Assembly (NCBI GenBank): GCA_045837725.1
Contig: JBEWZL010000030.1
Coordinates: forward strand, 62,001-126,000
Reading direction: 5' to 3'
DNA from: Vermamoeba vermiformis
Lineage: Eukaryota
Length of the DNA: 64,000 bases
Part shown: piece by piece, positions 1-13,572 of the stretch
Layout: each line of letters begins with the position of its first letter
Numbering within the stretch: position 1 is the first letter of the stretch
The notes under the pieces: generated by a model
What the model was told of the DNA's origin: nothing
Seen by the model: only the letters and a program-made list of their open reading frames with translations
The model's database searches: none
Program-made: the position numbers and the translations under genes

Positions 1-3000
1 GAATTTCAAGTCGAAATTTCCGGTCAAGAACACGGAGTTCAAGAAGAAGACCAAGCTGTAAATGTCATCGGTGTCGTACAAGGGTCTCAAGTGCGCATCA
101 ATCTCCCTGATCAAAGTGATCATCTCGTCAGCCAGGGCGTTGCGCTTGAGGTGATAAGGACTGCCCCAGAACTTGTCGCTGGCCTTGGTCTGTTGCGTCA
201 ACATCAGCATTTGCTTGTGCAATGTATTGACACGCTTCTGCAGCTCTTTTGACTTGTCATCTGTCATAGCAATACGTTCAATAGTCTAAGGGGACAATGT
301 TAGTGGAAGTGTCAACGAGGCACGTGTTCATCGTGTCAATGACTTACGGCTTTCTTGTAGGCCTGGACTTGCTCCAATGCACGAATGTGAGGGAACAACA
401 AAACTTCGAACTTGCGCAATGCTGCAACAAGTTTTTGAAGTCTGACTTCGCTGGTCTGATCGTTGTACCATTCAAAGTACAGCGTGTTCGTGGCCAAGAA
501 TTGACGTGTCAAGTCCAAGAAGGGCTTGAGCTCGGCTTTGGCAGGGAAGTCGGCCTTATCAACCTCGTCCATGTTTTGTTTCAAGGACGCAATCCACTTT
601 TGTTCGTCAGGCGAGCTGGTGAAAATGAACTTGGGCAAGTGCTTCGTGAACAAATCGTTGCCAGGCGCAATCTGAATAAGATTGAACAGCGCTTGAGTGA
701 CTGTCTCGTTGTTTTTGGTCAACTCGTGAATGGTGTTCGTCAAACAAGTCTCCCAGTGGTAGTACTTAGGGTCCACGAAGAAATCAAACGCCGTGCCCAA
801 GTTAAGCGTCGAGGCTATGACCGACTCCATAGGGTTCAACAGCACACCTATCGCATGTTAGCATGATATTAGGGTGTAATATAAATGTGATTAAGTACCA
901 TCAACATAGGCACCAATGTGCTCGTCACGACCCATGTAAGGGTTCAAGAATTGAATGTGCGTGCGATAATCGTTCACGGGTGTGTTGTCCCAAATCACGA
1001 GACGACGTTGAGGACCGAAAAATCCTCGTGTTCTCTTCAACAGATCCAAGCTGATCGTCTTGCTGATGGTTGTTTCGCCGGTCCACAAGAACACGACACG
1101 CGGATCCATCTTTGAAACACCGTCAGAATTACTTAGTAACGAATATAATAGGTTATCTTACCTTCTCTTTGAACTCAGTCAAATAGTTCACAGCAGGCAC
1201 TTCAGCGTTGTTTTTGAACTTGCACGAGTAATAAGTAGGGCACGTGGTCCATTCAATAGACTTCAATTCAGCCTTCTCAGTCAAGGTCTTGTTGGCAATG
1301 AATGCGTCGAAGTACTTGATGAGCTTGTTCATTGTGAAGGCTTGGGCGTCCACGAGACTAGAGAAGTCTTCCGGCAAGTCGAGTCCAATGTCATCGAACA
1401 GAATTGTGATGTGATTGCAGCCAATCTCTTCGTAGACCTGATGAAGCTTGCTAACCATGCACGACATTAGAAACAACCCTTATTGAATTCGTATTACAAC
1501 AAGGTTAACTTACGCGCAGAGTGCATCAAAATCTTTCACGTCACCGTGTTTAATGCCCCACGGATGAATGGCCATGTTGAAAGCAATGTTTTGTTGCTTA
1601 GAATAGGCGACTAAATCCTTAAACTCTGTTCGAATAGATTAGTACTACTGCCGCATAACATTCGATAATTAGACGGTACCTTTCACGAGTTCCTTCGGGA
1701 ACAAGTCACGCCACTTGACGCGATGATAAGGGTCCTCTTTCGGTGCCCAAATATAGTAATTGGCTTTCTTCTTGCTCATCCACGCGATCAGCCTCTTGCG
1801 GTTGGTCATGGTGTAAGGCTGACCGTAGTACCCTTCGACCACACCGACAGTTCTGACGGGATAAGTCTTTGACAAGTCAGTAGTGTCATTCCTAAAATGG
1901 ACAATTAGAGCACGGTCACGTGATGGTCGTTGATCGATCAATGAGTGACACTTACTTTGCGATTTGATCGAAGTCTATGAACTGGCTCAATTGTTCGCCA
2001 AACAGCTCGTGTTGCACTCTGTTCGCAAGCTTGGCTTGTCTGAGCTGCTTCGTGCGACTGACTTTAGCTTCTTTAGCCTTCTCTGCCTTCTCGGCTTTGC
2101 TGGCCTTAAGTTGCACGAGTGGGAATTGAGACTTGATGGGCACTTTCTCACTGGGATTGAACTCTTCGGATCCTTCAGCCTTGACGAACTTAGGTCTCAT
2201 TTTCACGTGCGGGTTGAAGTACGTGCCAATAGTCGACACAAATGTCTCGTCGTGCTCGCTTCGGTCGTCAGGCACAACACTCGTCTGAGCTTGAGTCTTT
2301 TGTGCTGGGCTAGGACTAGCTCCCTTTTTCTCGCCAGCTGAGGGAGAAGCACTCGGAGCCGGTGCAGGCTGTCTAAAGTCGCTGCCATGACGAGGCTGGA
2401 ACTCCTCTTTGAGTCTGATAATTTCATCCTGGAACCGTTTGTTTTCTTCCTCAATCAGATCTTGATCACTGATCACTTTACGACCAGCAAAATCGATCGT
2501 GATTTTGTACTTGTTCTCTTCGCGTTGTCTTCTGATCTCTTCTTGCTTTTTAATAGCAGCATCACGTTCTTCAGGCGACAACCACTTGGCGTTCATGTCG
2601 AAGTAATCGCTTTGATCGTCTAAGTAATCGCGCGTCAGCAACATTCTTATATGGCAACAACCCTTGCCAACGTACCGTAAATGATCGTTCTGCGCACTTT
2701 GTCTCTTTCGTACTCAAGCAGTTTGTTCCTGTGTTCTTCAGCCTTCTGCAGACCTTCGCGCTCCTTCATGCTCATCTTCTGCTCTGCTTGAGTGGCTGTT
2801 TTAGCGGCCTCAATCTCCTCTGCAAATAAAATATTAGTATATATTTATAGACCATTATAATGTCATTGTCAGTCTATTGATGAAGTGCCATATGTGTAGT
2901 GTTAATATTCAACTCACCCGGTGTAGCGTTTCTCGGAAGTACATAGTTGCCGCAGAAAAAGCACGGGCCAGGACCTTCTTGCTCACAAACAATCTTGCCG

Positions 3001-3815
3001 CACTTGAGGCAGTTGTTAATGAGCGGATGTTCGCGTGCTTGACACGTGCACGGAATTCTTTTGTATTCTTTTTTCGCGCCTTGAGCTTGTTTGTTTTTCT
3101 TCTTGACGACCATGATTTGCGGTCCTTTTTTCGAATAAGGATTGGCTACTACCGTGTAGTTCTGTTGTTTGTTCTTATTCTTACGACTAATAATATTAAA
3201 TCGTTATAATAATGCAAATAAAAATTCAGATTGAATAACGGATGCGCACCCTTTCTTTTTCTTTCCATCATCGTCGCTATCACTGTCCTCATCGCTGTCA
3301 TTATCGCCTTTTCTATAAGCTACAAATCCCTCCGGTGCCTCATCTTTAGGGGCAGGTGTTTGCTTTGCTGGCGATTGTTGTGGCTGTGGTGGGTCGTTGG
3401 ATGCAGGCACAACAAATCCAGCCTGTCTTCGTCGACTTAAGAACTCTGTATAGAATCTCCTGACTTGATCCGTGTCACCAAGAAAACCCTAAAATGAAAT
3501 ATACCGTTACTGTAACGCCTAAATGAATTTTACTTCATAAAAATAGCAGATTTGAGAAATCACGCAGAACAATATTTCCAACATAATAAATATTATGTAC
3601 ATAGACTATTTGTTGACTAACATAACATATTGCACGAGGAAAATATATTAATTGAATTTTTGTAAGCTTACTTTGAGAGTTGCGTCGAGCTCTTTGTCAG
3701 AGAGCTTTACCCACGAGTTAACGATGTCAGTGCTCTCATCGGGTGATATACCTAGCATAATCTGCACTTGGCCTTTACACCAAGTGTAAAAGTGGGTCTG
3801 TTGCGGATTGCTCAT
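1..3815 (-). CDS. ASC-1/TRIP4-like protein (zf-C2HC5) fused to a GH84 O-GlcNAcase-like domain; multi-exon, 3' end beyond the window
   Basis: ATG at 3815 (MSNPQQTHFYTWCK). C2HC5 finger CTCQAREHPLINNCLKCGKIVCEQEGPGPCFFCG and RTIIYDDQSDYF are TRIP4 hallmarks. Intron 1955-1892 joins in frame to GH84 motifs GVVEGYYG, YIWAPKEDPYHR, ILFDDI, CPTYY, LWTG, IWDNTPVNDY, LLNPM. Confidence 0.85.
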
Positions 3816-4239
3816 CTTCACGTTGACAAGAATAAAAATGATTCAACCAAAATCAGACAGATAATTTATTACCAACGATCAGCGAGCTGCAACACAAGCA
3901 CTGCTTGGCACTATTATAATAATGGTGTTATGTGAGGCTGCAACAGTTGCGTTATTATGAGCCAGGTTCGCTGTGTGGCTTCCATTAATCAATTCCCACG
4001 GGATTACACCTTGAATGGGAACAAGAAGCTCCAATGTATTTTTCCTCGACAACGGCAGCGATATTAAGACCCTACGTATGCTGGGAATAATTATTGGACG
4101 CGCAGAGGCTTCAGTTTAATTTTCCTCACAAATCTAGCCGTTGCAAGTTAATTCGATCTCAGCTCTCAAACTCTATCGAGGATCCTAGTGATAACACCAA
4201 CATATATTACATTGGTCAATAATACAAGGTACAGAGGCA

Positions 4240-7200
4240 TTACTTTTCTCCGTTTGTTTGTTGCAGCTGCTTGATCGTGTTTTGCGCATCTCGCAGTTGC
4301 TGCTCTAACTCTTCTTGCTTCTTCAATAACTGTTGAATAAGAGCTTGTTGTTGAGCTAATTTCTCTTCATATTCTCGTCGAATCTTGTCTTCGTGCGCGG
4401 CAGGGATGGGAGTGCTCGATGTCAATCCAGCATGACCACTCGGTGGAGGGACGTCTGAGATTGAGAATATTGATCGAGAGTTGGCAGTGGGCAGCTTGAC
4501 ATGCGAGGAAGCCTAAGCAAATATGTTAGAGAGGTGACCCACGAGTGAGATTCGTTAGCTAGATCCTGTTTCAGAAATTATGCTTACCTTGGGCAATGGC
4601 TTCATATTAACTCGCTTCTTCTTGCTGATGTCAACGAGGGGTCTTAGAGTATCCAAGTTACGAGCTTGCTTGATGAACGGATGCTACGCGAGCGTTGGTG
4701 GTTAGATCGAATCCGTTACACGTTCAAGATCAAGCACGAGACTTACCTTCAAGAGCTCAACAGCATCAGGACGCTTATCAGGTACCTTGGACATGCATTT
4801 CGATACAAAGTCGCGAATCTCTTGCGACACCTTGGTGTTCTTCAAGAACTGACGGCAAACGATGGATGCAGGCAAGACATTCTCGAGCAATTCAACGACA
4901 GTAATGCCTAACGACCATATGTCTGACTTATCCGAGCAACCCTTCTCGCCTACTTCTGGTGCACTCCATGCTGCTGCATCGCTATCTACAAGGCCAGTCA
5001 TCGTGTACAGCTGATCGCACAAGTTGTAGTCCGCTAAAGTGTTGTTAGTATGGAGAACAGCCTATATAATATGTACTTACTTAATTTAAGTTGACAGGTG
5101 TCTGTTAGTAGAATAGTGCTGGCTCGGAGGTGTTTATGAATCAGATGTCGACCGTGTAAGTAAGCCAAAGCTTTGAGGACCTGATCCAAAGGTTAGTATC
5201 GTCAGGCCATTGTAAAATTTATGTAACTTACCTCAGCACAGACAGTAGCAATATGAAGTTCAGTGAAGGGCTTTCCAGTGAGTTTCATCAGATCTTTCAA
5301 ATGCACACCGGAACAAATTTCTTGCAAGATCTAAAAATGAACGATTAGATCTAGGTTCGTATTAATATAGTATTATACGTACCCAAACATCACTATTGAC
5401 GGAGGAGGTGCCAAAGTACGAGAACAGGTTCTGATGTCGGCACTTGTTGATCGTGTCCATTGCTTGTTTCAAGCCCTGATATTTCTCGCGAGAATAAGCA
5501 CCTTGCAGGACTTGAACGGCCACAGAAGTCTCGGCACTGTCTCCTTTCTTATACACGGCCTTCCAGACCTCTCCGAAGTTGCTGAAATACAAGTTAGTCC
5601 ATCGGATCCATCAAGTGACACGTGTCATTATCAATGCAAGTACGTACGAATCTTCGAGCTTTTCTTCGAATTCGAGGGCATCGACATTGTCATCCCAGTT
5701 AAATGTGACTTGTTTCTGAATGATGTTGAAGCTCTCATTAGGCAACTGCTTCGTCTCATCGCGTGGTGGCAGCGTCGTGCAGAACATTTTCATCTTGGAC
5801 AAGTCACCAAATATGCTAAATACACGTTAGAACAAGTAAAATCAAGACACGAATCCTATATCACAACGTACCCCTTTTGCTGAACGGCTGATTTCTTGCG
5901 CTGATAGTCATTGACATTCGTTGTCATCGAGGCTAAAAGCATATTAGTTGCTGCGAAGGGATAAGCGGTAGGACTTACAGATTCCAGATACAGGGATCAG
6001 GTCGTTGAGTAGAGGTAGCTCAAAGTCGTCGGGACGAATCAATCGGCCGCCAAATATGTACATTGTGTCGTCCTGTCAAAGTGTCAGTTCGAGCGTGACA
6101 GCTGGCCAGATAGTATCGACTTACAATAATCGAGAGTGTGTGTGCGTGCACGGGGTCAAGAGGCACATCGAACCACGCGACTTGCCATTCACACGTCTCA
6201 GTGTTGAAGTAAAACACGTCTTGGAATGCAAGAGTGTTGATGCTAATGCCGCCAAACATGACGATTGTCTTGGTGCCCGGCAATAATGCCGCACTGGCCT
6301 CGGAACGAGCTACGACACGTGTCAGAAGAGTGGTTGGAAATTATTTTGCGAGAGGACTTACCAATGGGCACGAAGCCAACGGCAGTGATTTGTTGGGTCC
6401 AAGTGTTAGTCTCCGTGTCAAACACGAACATGTCATTCATGGCCTTGTGATCGATCGTCTTGCCGCCAAAGATGTAAATCTTCTTGTCCAGCACTACTGC
6501 CCAGTGACCGAATCTAGCTGGCGGTACTGCGCCATTGGGCTCAATCATCGTCCAAACATTGGTCGCTGTAAAGAATTTCAGTGAGTATAGTTAACAAAGA
6601 ACGGTTGTAAGATTGAGAGCTCACCGAGATCCAAGCAAAAGACGTCGTTGTAAGCATTTTGTTGCGTAATGCTCTTGAAGAAATATCCACCAATCACGTA
6701 CATCTTATTGCCAACGACGCTTGATGTGTGACTGACACGAATGGACGGAATATTGCCCGTAGTATTCAACTTTTGCCACGAGAGCGTTTCTAAGATGTTG
6801 TTAGATTACTAACTCCAGTAAAGAATGCCGTGTCATCTTACCAATGTCAACGGTGTACGTATCGTTCAAGAAAGGATTTTCCAAGTTTTGACCGCCAAAG
6901 AAGTAGATCTTCTTGCCGTACGCAGCGGCAGAATGACGCGACAAAACTGGCGGTTTGCAGCCACGTTGATTGGGAACTTTTTTCTCCCAGACACGTGTCT
7001 CCGTGTCAAAACTGTACAACTCGTTGAAATAGTTTGACTTGCGGTCGTTACCACCAAAAATGTAAATTTTCTTGCCAATAGCAACAGCCGTGTGATATTG
7101 ACGCGGTGACGGCGTGTTGGGCTGATTTTCAACGGGTTTCCAAGTACGTTCTTGAATAGCCTAATATGGATATTAGTGCGGAACAATAGATGAGTCCAAG

Positions 7201-10200
7201 GGCGTACCTTGCGAACAGTTGCAAAGCTTTCAAAGAAGTTCTGATGATCTTGCTTTTCAGCAAAAGCGGCAATAATTTCTTCAGTGCCAGTTTGAATAGA
7301 CGCGTAGTAACTTAGGGCTTGGACGTCCAGATCATCGGGCATCTTGGACATTTCCAAATTTGGTATTTTCTTGTTGACTAGAAGCAACATTAGTAAGGAC
7401 TTTAAACGGTTAAGGTACTCTTACCTTCTTGTTTGGTGAGTTTCTTAATCGTGAGTGCGATAGTGTTGAACAGGCCCAAGAACTGCAACTGTGAGCTGAG
7501 CGTCAGAGCACCAATGGTGATGCTGTGCGGCTTGACGAACATGACTGAGTCACTCCAGAAGATGACAGCTGCTTCAATGATCTCACGTGTTGACAACAAG
7601 TAGCACTTGGTCTCGCCACAGATCTTGCGGTCTTGAGTGATTTGCTGTCAAAGTGATTAGTTTGACACGTGTCAAAGTGTCATTGGTTGACTTACAGGTC
7701 CGTTGTAATCAGTGAGCAAGTTCTCAATTTCAACTGCTCGTGCCAACTGTTCTGCCTCTCTTTTAGCTTGATTAGCGTGATCAGCCATCATCGTCATTTT
7801 CTCCCACGCGATTTGAACGCTTTCATAATCGGGATGTGTTTTCTCCGTGTGTTTCTTGATTTCATTCAATAACAAGCCGTATTTAGTCAAGCGTTGAATC
7901 GGCTTAATCAACAACGAGTCGAAGTCCTCCATACGGAATTCGGCGGAGTTTTGCATTTCCTTTTATGGAAGGTTGGTTATTGGTGTTTGTATTTGAGGTG
8001 CTCGTCACTTACCTCTTCGAATTGAGCCCAGGCCTTGTTTTTCTTTCTCAATTTGTCGAGCAATTCGCTGGATTTGTTGTAGTTGTTCACGTACTCCACG
8101 TACATTGAGAAGTATTGGTACTGTGTCGGATTGTTAATTTGACACTGGCTATGTTGTGCGAGTACGAGGGACTTACGTATTTGAGGAAGACATCACCAAC
8201 TTTGAATGGCGGAGTGCAGGCCATCTTCTCCATCTCGTGCACAAATGTCTTGTGGAAGTTGAGAATGACCTCGGCATTGGCGATGAGCACTTTGATCTTG
8301 TCTTCGGGGATGATGGCACGAGTACGGAGCATTGGAACAGCGACCTGAACGACTTATTAGCATCGATTTCAGGTGGTGTATTGTGTCAGCAATACCCTCA
8401 AAAGAAGTTCTAATGACTCGACGTAAGTTCGTTCTGTGTGAAGTAACTCGCGGGTGACATTAGTGCGCAGACTGACGGGCTCAGCGGGCTTATTTTCAGC
8501 TGGTTTATCGGCCGGACAGACTTCCGTCTTGTTGCTCTCAGCCATGTTGTCCAGTGCTGTTCGAAGCCCCGTCGGTTCAGCGTGAATGGTCGCACGAGCA
8601 CTCGTGGTACCGTTAGCAGAGGGAATGTTGGCCTCAGTTAATGCAGCTGACGTGAACATGGTCGTCGATCTGTTGCTGACATTGTTGCTTCGAACTCGTG
8701 ACTTGTCGGACATTGTTGGTGATTGTGGGTTAGACGAGTTTGAATCGGAGTGTGCAGAGTTTGATTGCAGCTCAATGGACTTTTCGAGTCTGGTCTTCGC
8801 GTCCAAGACCAAATTGTTCTCGAACCACTCTTCGAAGGACTTGCTGACACGAGCCTTTGGATTTGATTCTTGGAATTTGAACAGTAATCGCACAAGATCG
8901 GCAAGTGCTGTCATTTTCTTCATGTGCACGAGGTTGGAAGGAATTGCTTGGTCGAGTGACTCGATTTCTCTCATGCGTGTCTCGACGATGTCTGTCACGA
9001 GTTGATAAACAATACGACACGTGATACCAATGTAATGACTTACCAACAGAGGGAACGCACGCTACGAATCGTTCCAAGTTGGTCTTGGCGTTGGACGATC
9101 CTTTCTTCAGCTCATCAAATCGCTTCGAGGTCGTGGGTGGCAACAACTTCCACGTCTCACGCAATCGATCAACAGCCTCGTCAGTGAGCGCAGCAAGAAT
9201 GGCCAGTGCGTTGAAGTGATTGAAGCGATCAAGAGACAACATGGCTACTTCAATGAACAAGCCGAGCATTTTCTTTCTGGTCTCGAGGTCTTTCTCAAGC
9301 ACAATCACCGTTGTGATCCAATCAGAGCGGAATTTGCTCATCATCTTGTATTTGAACATATGAGGCGCTCTTTGTTCGTTCAAATTCGAAATTGTCAAAA
9401 ATTCCCAGGGCTTCACGCGCATAAAGTTTTGCCAATCGAGTGCGTCGAAATGTTTCGCAATATCTTCGGGTGATGTGTCCAAAAATTTGCCTGTAATGCG
9501 CTTGTTAATAATAGGTCCCGGCTACATAAGGTGTATAGCATATTTGAGATTGGGTGATGAAGTATAGTTAAGTTCTACTTACCGAGATTCCACTCTGGAG
9601 TCGAAAGTGCCATCTCCGCTTGCGGTGTGCGGTGAAAAGCTTCTTGTTGCATGTCAAAAATAAACTTGTCAACGATGGTCTCTAACACGCTGAGGGCCTT
9701 AGAAGTCACTTGATGAATTAGCACCTTGAGCTCGGGTCGCTCATTGGCACTCTTCAAAAAATCTTTAATTTTGCGGATCATCTCGTTATCTTCTTTAAAA
9801 TCGTCCGGATAGGTCTGCAGCCACGATTTTATCAAATTTATGACGCTAAAAGATTTCAAAATGTCAGAGGAAATTTAGAATTGATGTTACGAGCTTTGCA
9901 AGTGAATTTACCGTAGTTGAATCCTCGTGCAGACATTTCTAGCCTCTAATTCGTTCATACTTCTCGGTGCTAATATATAAAATCTAATTTTTGATTAGAG
10001 AGGCAGCCTAATGCAATTTAAAATTGTCTTACCTCCTCAAAAGGCGTTCTAAAAATTCCTGTGGCGTTATAAAATATCTGTAGCATAATAATACTTCTTG
10101 GCTAACTCTAATATCTACAATAAAATATAAATAAGGAGAATACGGTTAATTAAATATTCTTACCGTAATCGTCACCAGCAGTGATGGATTCAATGAGTTT

Positions 10201-10585
10201 CGACAAAGAGGCCGCTAAAATAATAGATAGATAAATATGATGCTATAAATAATGCATAGAATCGTCGAGCAACGCTTATTAACGAAATTCTAATTTCTTT
10301 CTATTTTTCCAACCGGGTTGGATCTAATATCGCAATCGTCGTATATTAAATTGGACTTACCTTTAATAGACCCATCAGAGTCATATAAAATTTCGTCTGA
10401 CTCCTAAATTATTGAATTACGTCAGTCATTTTGTCATCCGTTTGTCACAATAAACAATTGAATGGCAAAATCGAACGCTGAAAATATCAATATAAATTAT
10501 TGAATATAGCTGGGTGCCCGTTAAGAGCATCGCAAATTCCATCTGGGTATGTCTGAATTAATACATCTGCGTCTATTTTTACCAT
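4240..10585 (-). CDS. Multidomain signalling protein: RasGEF_N-RasGEF-RhoGEF(DH)-PH-Kelch repeats-STE20-like pseudokinase-coiled coil
   Basis: RasGEF motifs (VINLIKSWLQTYPDDF; NHFNALAILAAL..AVDRLRETW). DH motifs (RELLHTERTYVESL; LLIKPIQRLTKYGLLL). Kelch repeats (KIYIFGG, KMYVIGG). Kinase-like FGEVWKA, WSAPEV, SDIWSLGIT. Junctions between domains splice in frame. The start (ATG-only first exon at 10585) is tentative. Confidence 0.8.
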
Positions 10586-10811
10586 TTAGCGGATCTCTAA
10601 AGGAACAAATTCCGTTACAATATCAGACCCTTGGTATTCGTCTAATATACAAATAAACAAGATACGAAAGTTCGTTTGGGAATGAAACATGTCAACGTGT
10701 CATTTTTTCATGAAAAAGCGGATCCTCCTTCCGTCTCCACAAACCGTAAACCTTTCTTATAGTATTTACATTGTTCATTTATTAGTGTTGTTATTATGAC
10801 AATCCAAAACT

Positions 10812-13572
10812 TTATTTCTTCGCGGTGATTTTGTTGAGTTCGGATCTTAACCGTTCATTTTCCACGTAGAGCAGTCGATAGGCTTGTAACAACTGTGCAA
10901 CATCGCCTATTTTTAGCTCTTCTATATGCACATTCATGAACCGCTCCTAAAATGAAAAGCATTAGCGCATCTAGAAGATGTTTCGTGCAGTTCACATTGT
11001 TTGTTAGGACAGCATTGTTATAATAGTTTGGTTGTCAATTACTTAAATGACGGTATTAATAGTTAAATTGACGACAAATCAAGTCTCAATGAAGCTTGTT
11101 ATACGAAGAGATACTTCATATCACAACGCCGTAATAATTAGTAGTTTGTGCTCATGTTATGTGGTATGATATTCCATAAATCACAATATAAACAACTACA
11201 AATTATTATTCATATGAATTAGCATCATAAGGCAAGAAATTTGGATCAATGTAACGTAATTGGATGTGGACGTACCTTGTCTACCTCGGTGAGATCACTG
11301 TTGCTGCCAGTACCATCGTACATGGTCGGTGCACTAACAAACGAGTCCCACGATGATTCACTGTCGAGCGATGAAGCCTCAACGGAGATAATGTCCTCGT
11401 CAATGCCCATGTTCGAGCCATTCGTGCTCAACGCGTCGGGTGTTCCATTAACTCGCGACTTGATTTCTATAGGCTTGGTGGGGGTCTTAACAGCAGGCGA
11501 GGAAATTTGCGGAGATTGAGTGGTGTCCCATGAATCAAAATCCATCAAAAGATCCGGTTTCGTGTTGGTCGAAGTTTTAGAATCAGGCGTAGTAGTGCCA
11601 GTATTATTGGTCGTAGTATTGTTACTACCGATATTTTCAACGCCTTTGTTGAATTGTCGTTCAAATTCTTGCGGATCTATCGTCACTCTTGTCGCATCCA
11701 ACTCGCTTAAGAACATTACAGCTAATTCAACTTGCGCATAGTAATACGCTATAATATGGTAATATTAGTAAGTTTTAATGCCAGAAATTATTACAAAATT
11801 ATTTATAAAGGGTACATACCAGTTTCTGAGGCTAACTTCTGCGGATCTCTAAACCTCATAATATATTGGAGGTTTGAAAATATGCTTGGCGGATTGGCTT
11901 TGAGCGTGATGTAAATAAGAATAGGCAAGAAGTGGTCGGCGCTGCCCGTTTCTGAATCCAAAACAGATCTGCCTCTGTTCAGTATGGCTGTTGAAAAGTT
12001 AAGGATCATAATGCGATATTAACGTATAATATAATATAAGAATAATATTTGTATGAAGGATACAGAAAATAACTTTGGAGCAATTCAAAATGCAGATCAG
12101 TTTGTCGCGAGGAGCTTTGTACGCGTTCATTTTCCTCAGCTCTGCATTAAATATAACGTTATAATATTATATCTGTATAATAATATATCCGCATTAGGCA
12201 TACCATTCATAGCCATTTGATATTTGCTTTCGTTTTGGTGGATCGGATCGATGTCAAAGTTGGCAGGGGTTAAAAATTGTAGTCGACTCAATCTCTTCGC
12301 AAATTCTTTATCTTTTTGAATTTCTTCGATTGAAGGCGCAAAACAGCTGCGAATAGTTCAAAGATTAGTTCAAGTCAATTCTTTCAACCACGAAAATTTA
12401 AATTCAAATAATTGTAGTAATTCATCGAGAATAAAATATGACTTACCAGCTATATAGTTTAGTCATTACATATTTTTCTAGGGTTTCAGCAGTTGCATCA
12501 AATTCCGCAGGCGGTAAAGTTTTCCATAGCGGATGTACCGCCAACGCGTTGAGAACTTTCTCGCGGAATTGTTGAACAGCATTGCTTTGTTCTTCTGCTT
12601 GCGGAGGATTTTGCAAAAAGCCTCCAAGAAATCGTTTAATATAATTAGCAATTTTAGCTGCGGACGGATCTTTCATTTTAGCGAAGAACTGGTCCTTAGG
12701 ATTCTTCATATCGGCTTTAGATGTCGTTGCTGGAATTTTAGGCAATGATTTCGACCTTCAGAATGAGGATTAGTCTCGGAGCTTGATCCGCGTACTGGAT
12801 GCTTACTTTTGTTCAATCTTGTTATTTGAAGCTATTTTGTGATTAGCCATAGCAAACACGTCTACTTGTTGCGCATTCTGCTTCCAAGTACCAATAGGAC
12901 CGGCAATCAAATTTATAATCATAAGTTGTTTGCCGACTTGGATCTCAGCATTCCGAAGGACTTGAATACTTTGCTTATATTCAGTCACTTCGAATAATTG
13001 CCTGTTAAATAACGGTAAATATCACGAGTAATAGCGTTATAATCTATCTTTACCTTCGGCTGAAAATATTGCCTGTCAGATCCGCAATCGTGAATGGACG
13101 TACGGTATCGATGATATTTAATACTTTCAAATCATTACGCATAGTGAATACACCTATGCAACCATTGAAGGTTACGAATTCGTTGCGGTTGGCTGGATTC
13201 GTGACGTAGATGTGGGCCCCGACAAATTGCGGGCTTATTTCGATTTGTGATATCGATACTAATTGAGGAATAAATATGGTGGCCTATATAATACCGGTTA
13301 ATTAGTGATTGGTTGCTTCGGGGCATTTAACTAATTTCTAACGAATTATTTAAATTTTTTTGTTTTATTTCTTTGTCAGATTTTATTAAATATAAAACGA
13401 ATAGCGTTTAATAATTGCAGTTGCAAAATCGTCAGAATTAATTATCGAGCACAGAATTAAATTTTCATACCTTGTATTTGATTGCTAAGTTGACGATTTC
13501 AGCAAATTCCGGTTTATTAAGAGCTGCTAATAAGGTGTTATTAGCTCGCTCAAAATCTAAGAATGAAGTCAT
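10812..13572 (-). CDS. VPS9-domain Rab5-family GEF
   Basis: [54 protein letters not shown]. Upstream exons splice in frame from the ATG at 13572. Confidence 0.85.

Noticed and set aside
3816-4239. Moderately GC-rich spacer as a possible ncRNA
   Set aside because: No tRNA or snoRNA boxes and no convincing stem found by eye. An Infernal/Rfam scan would be needed.
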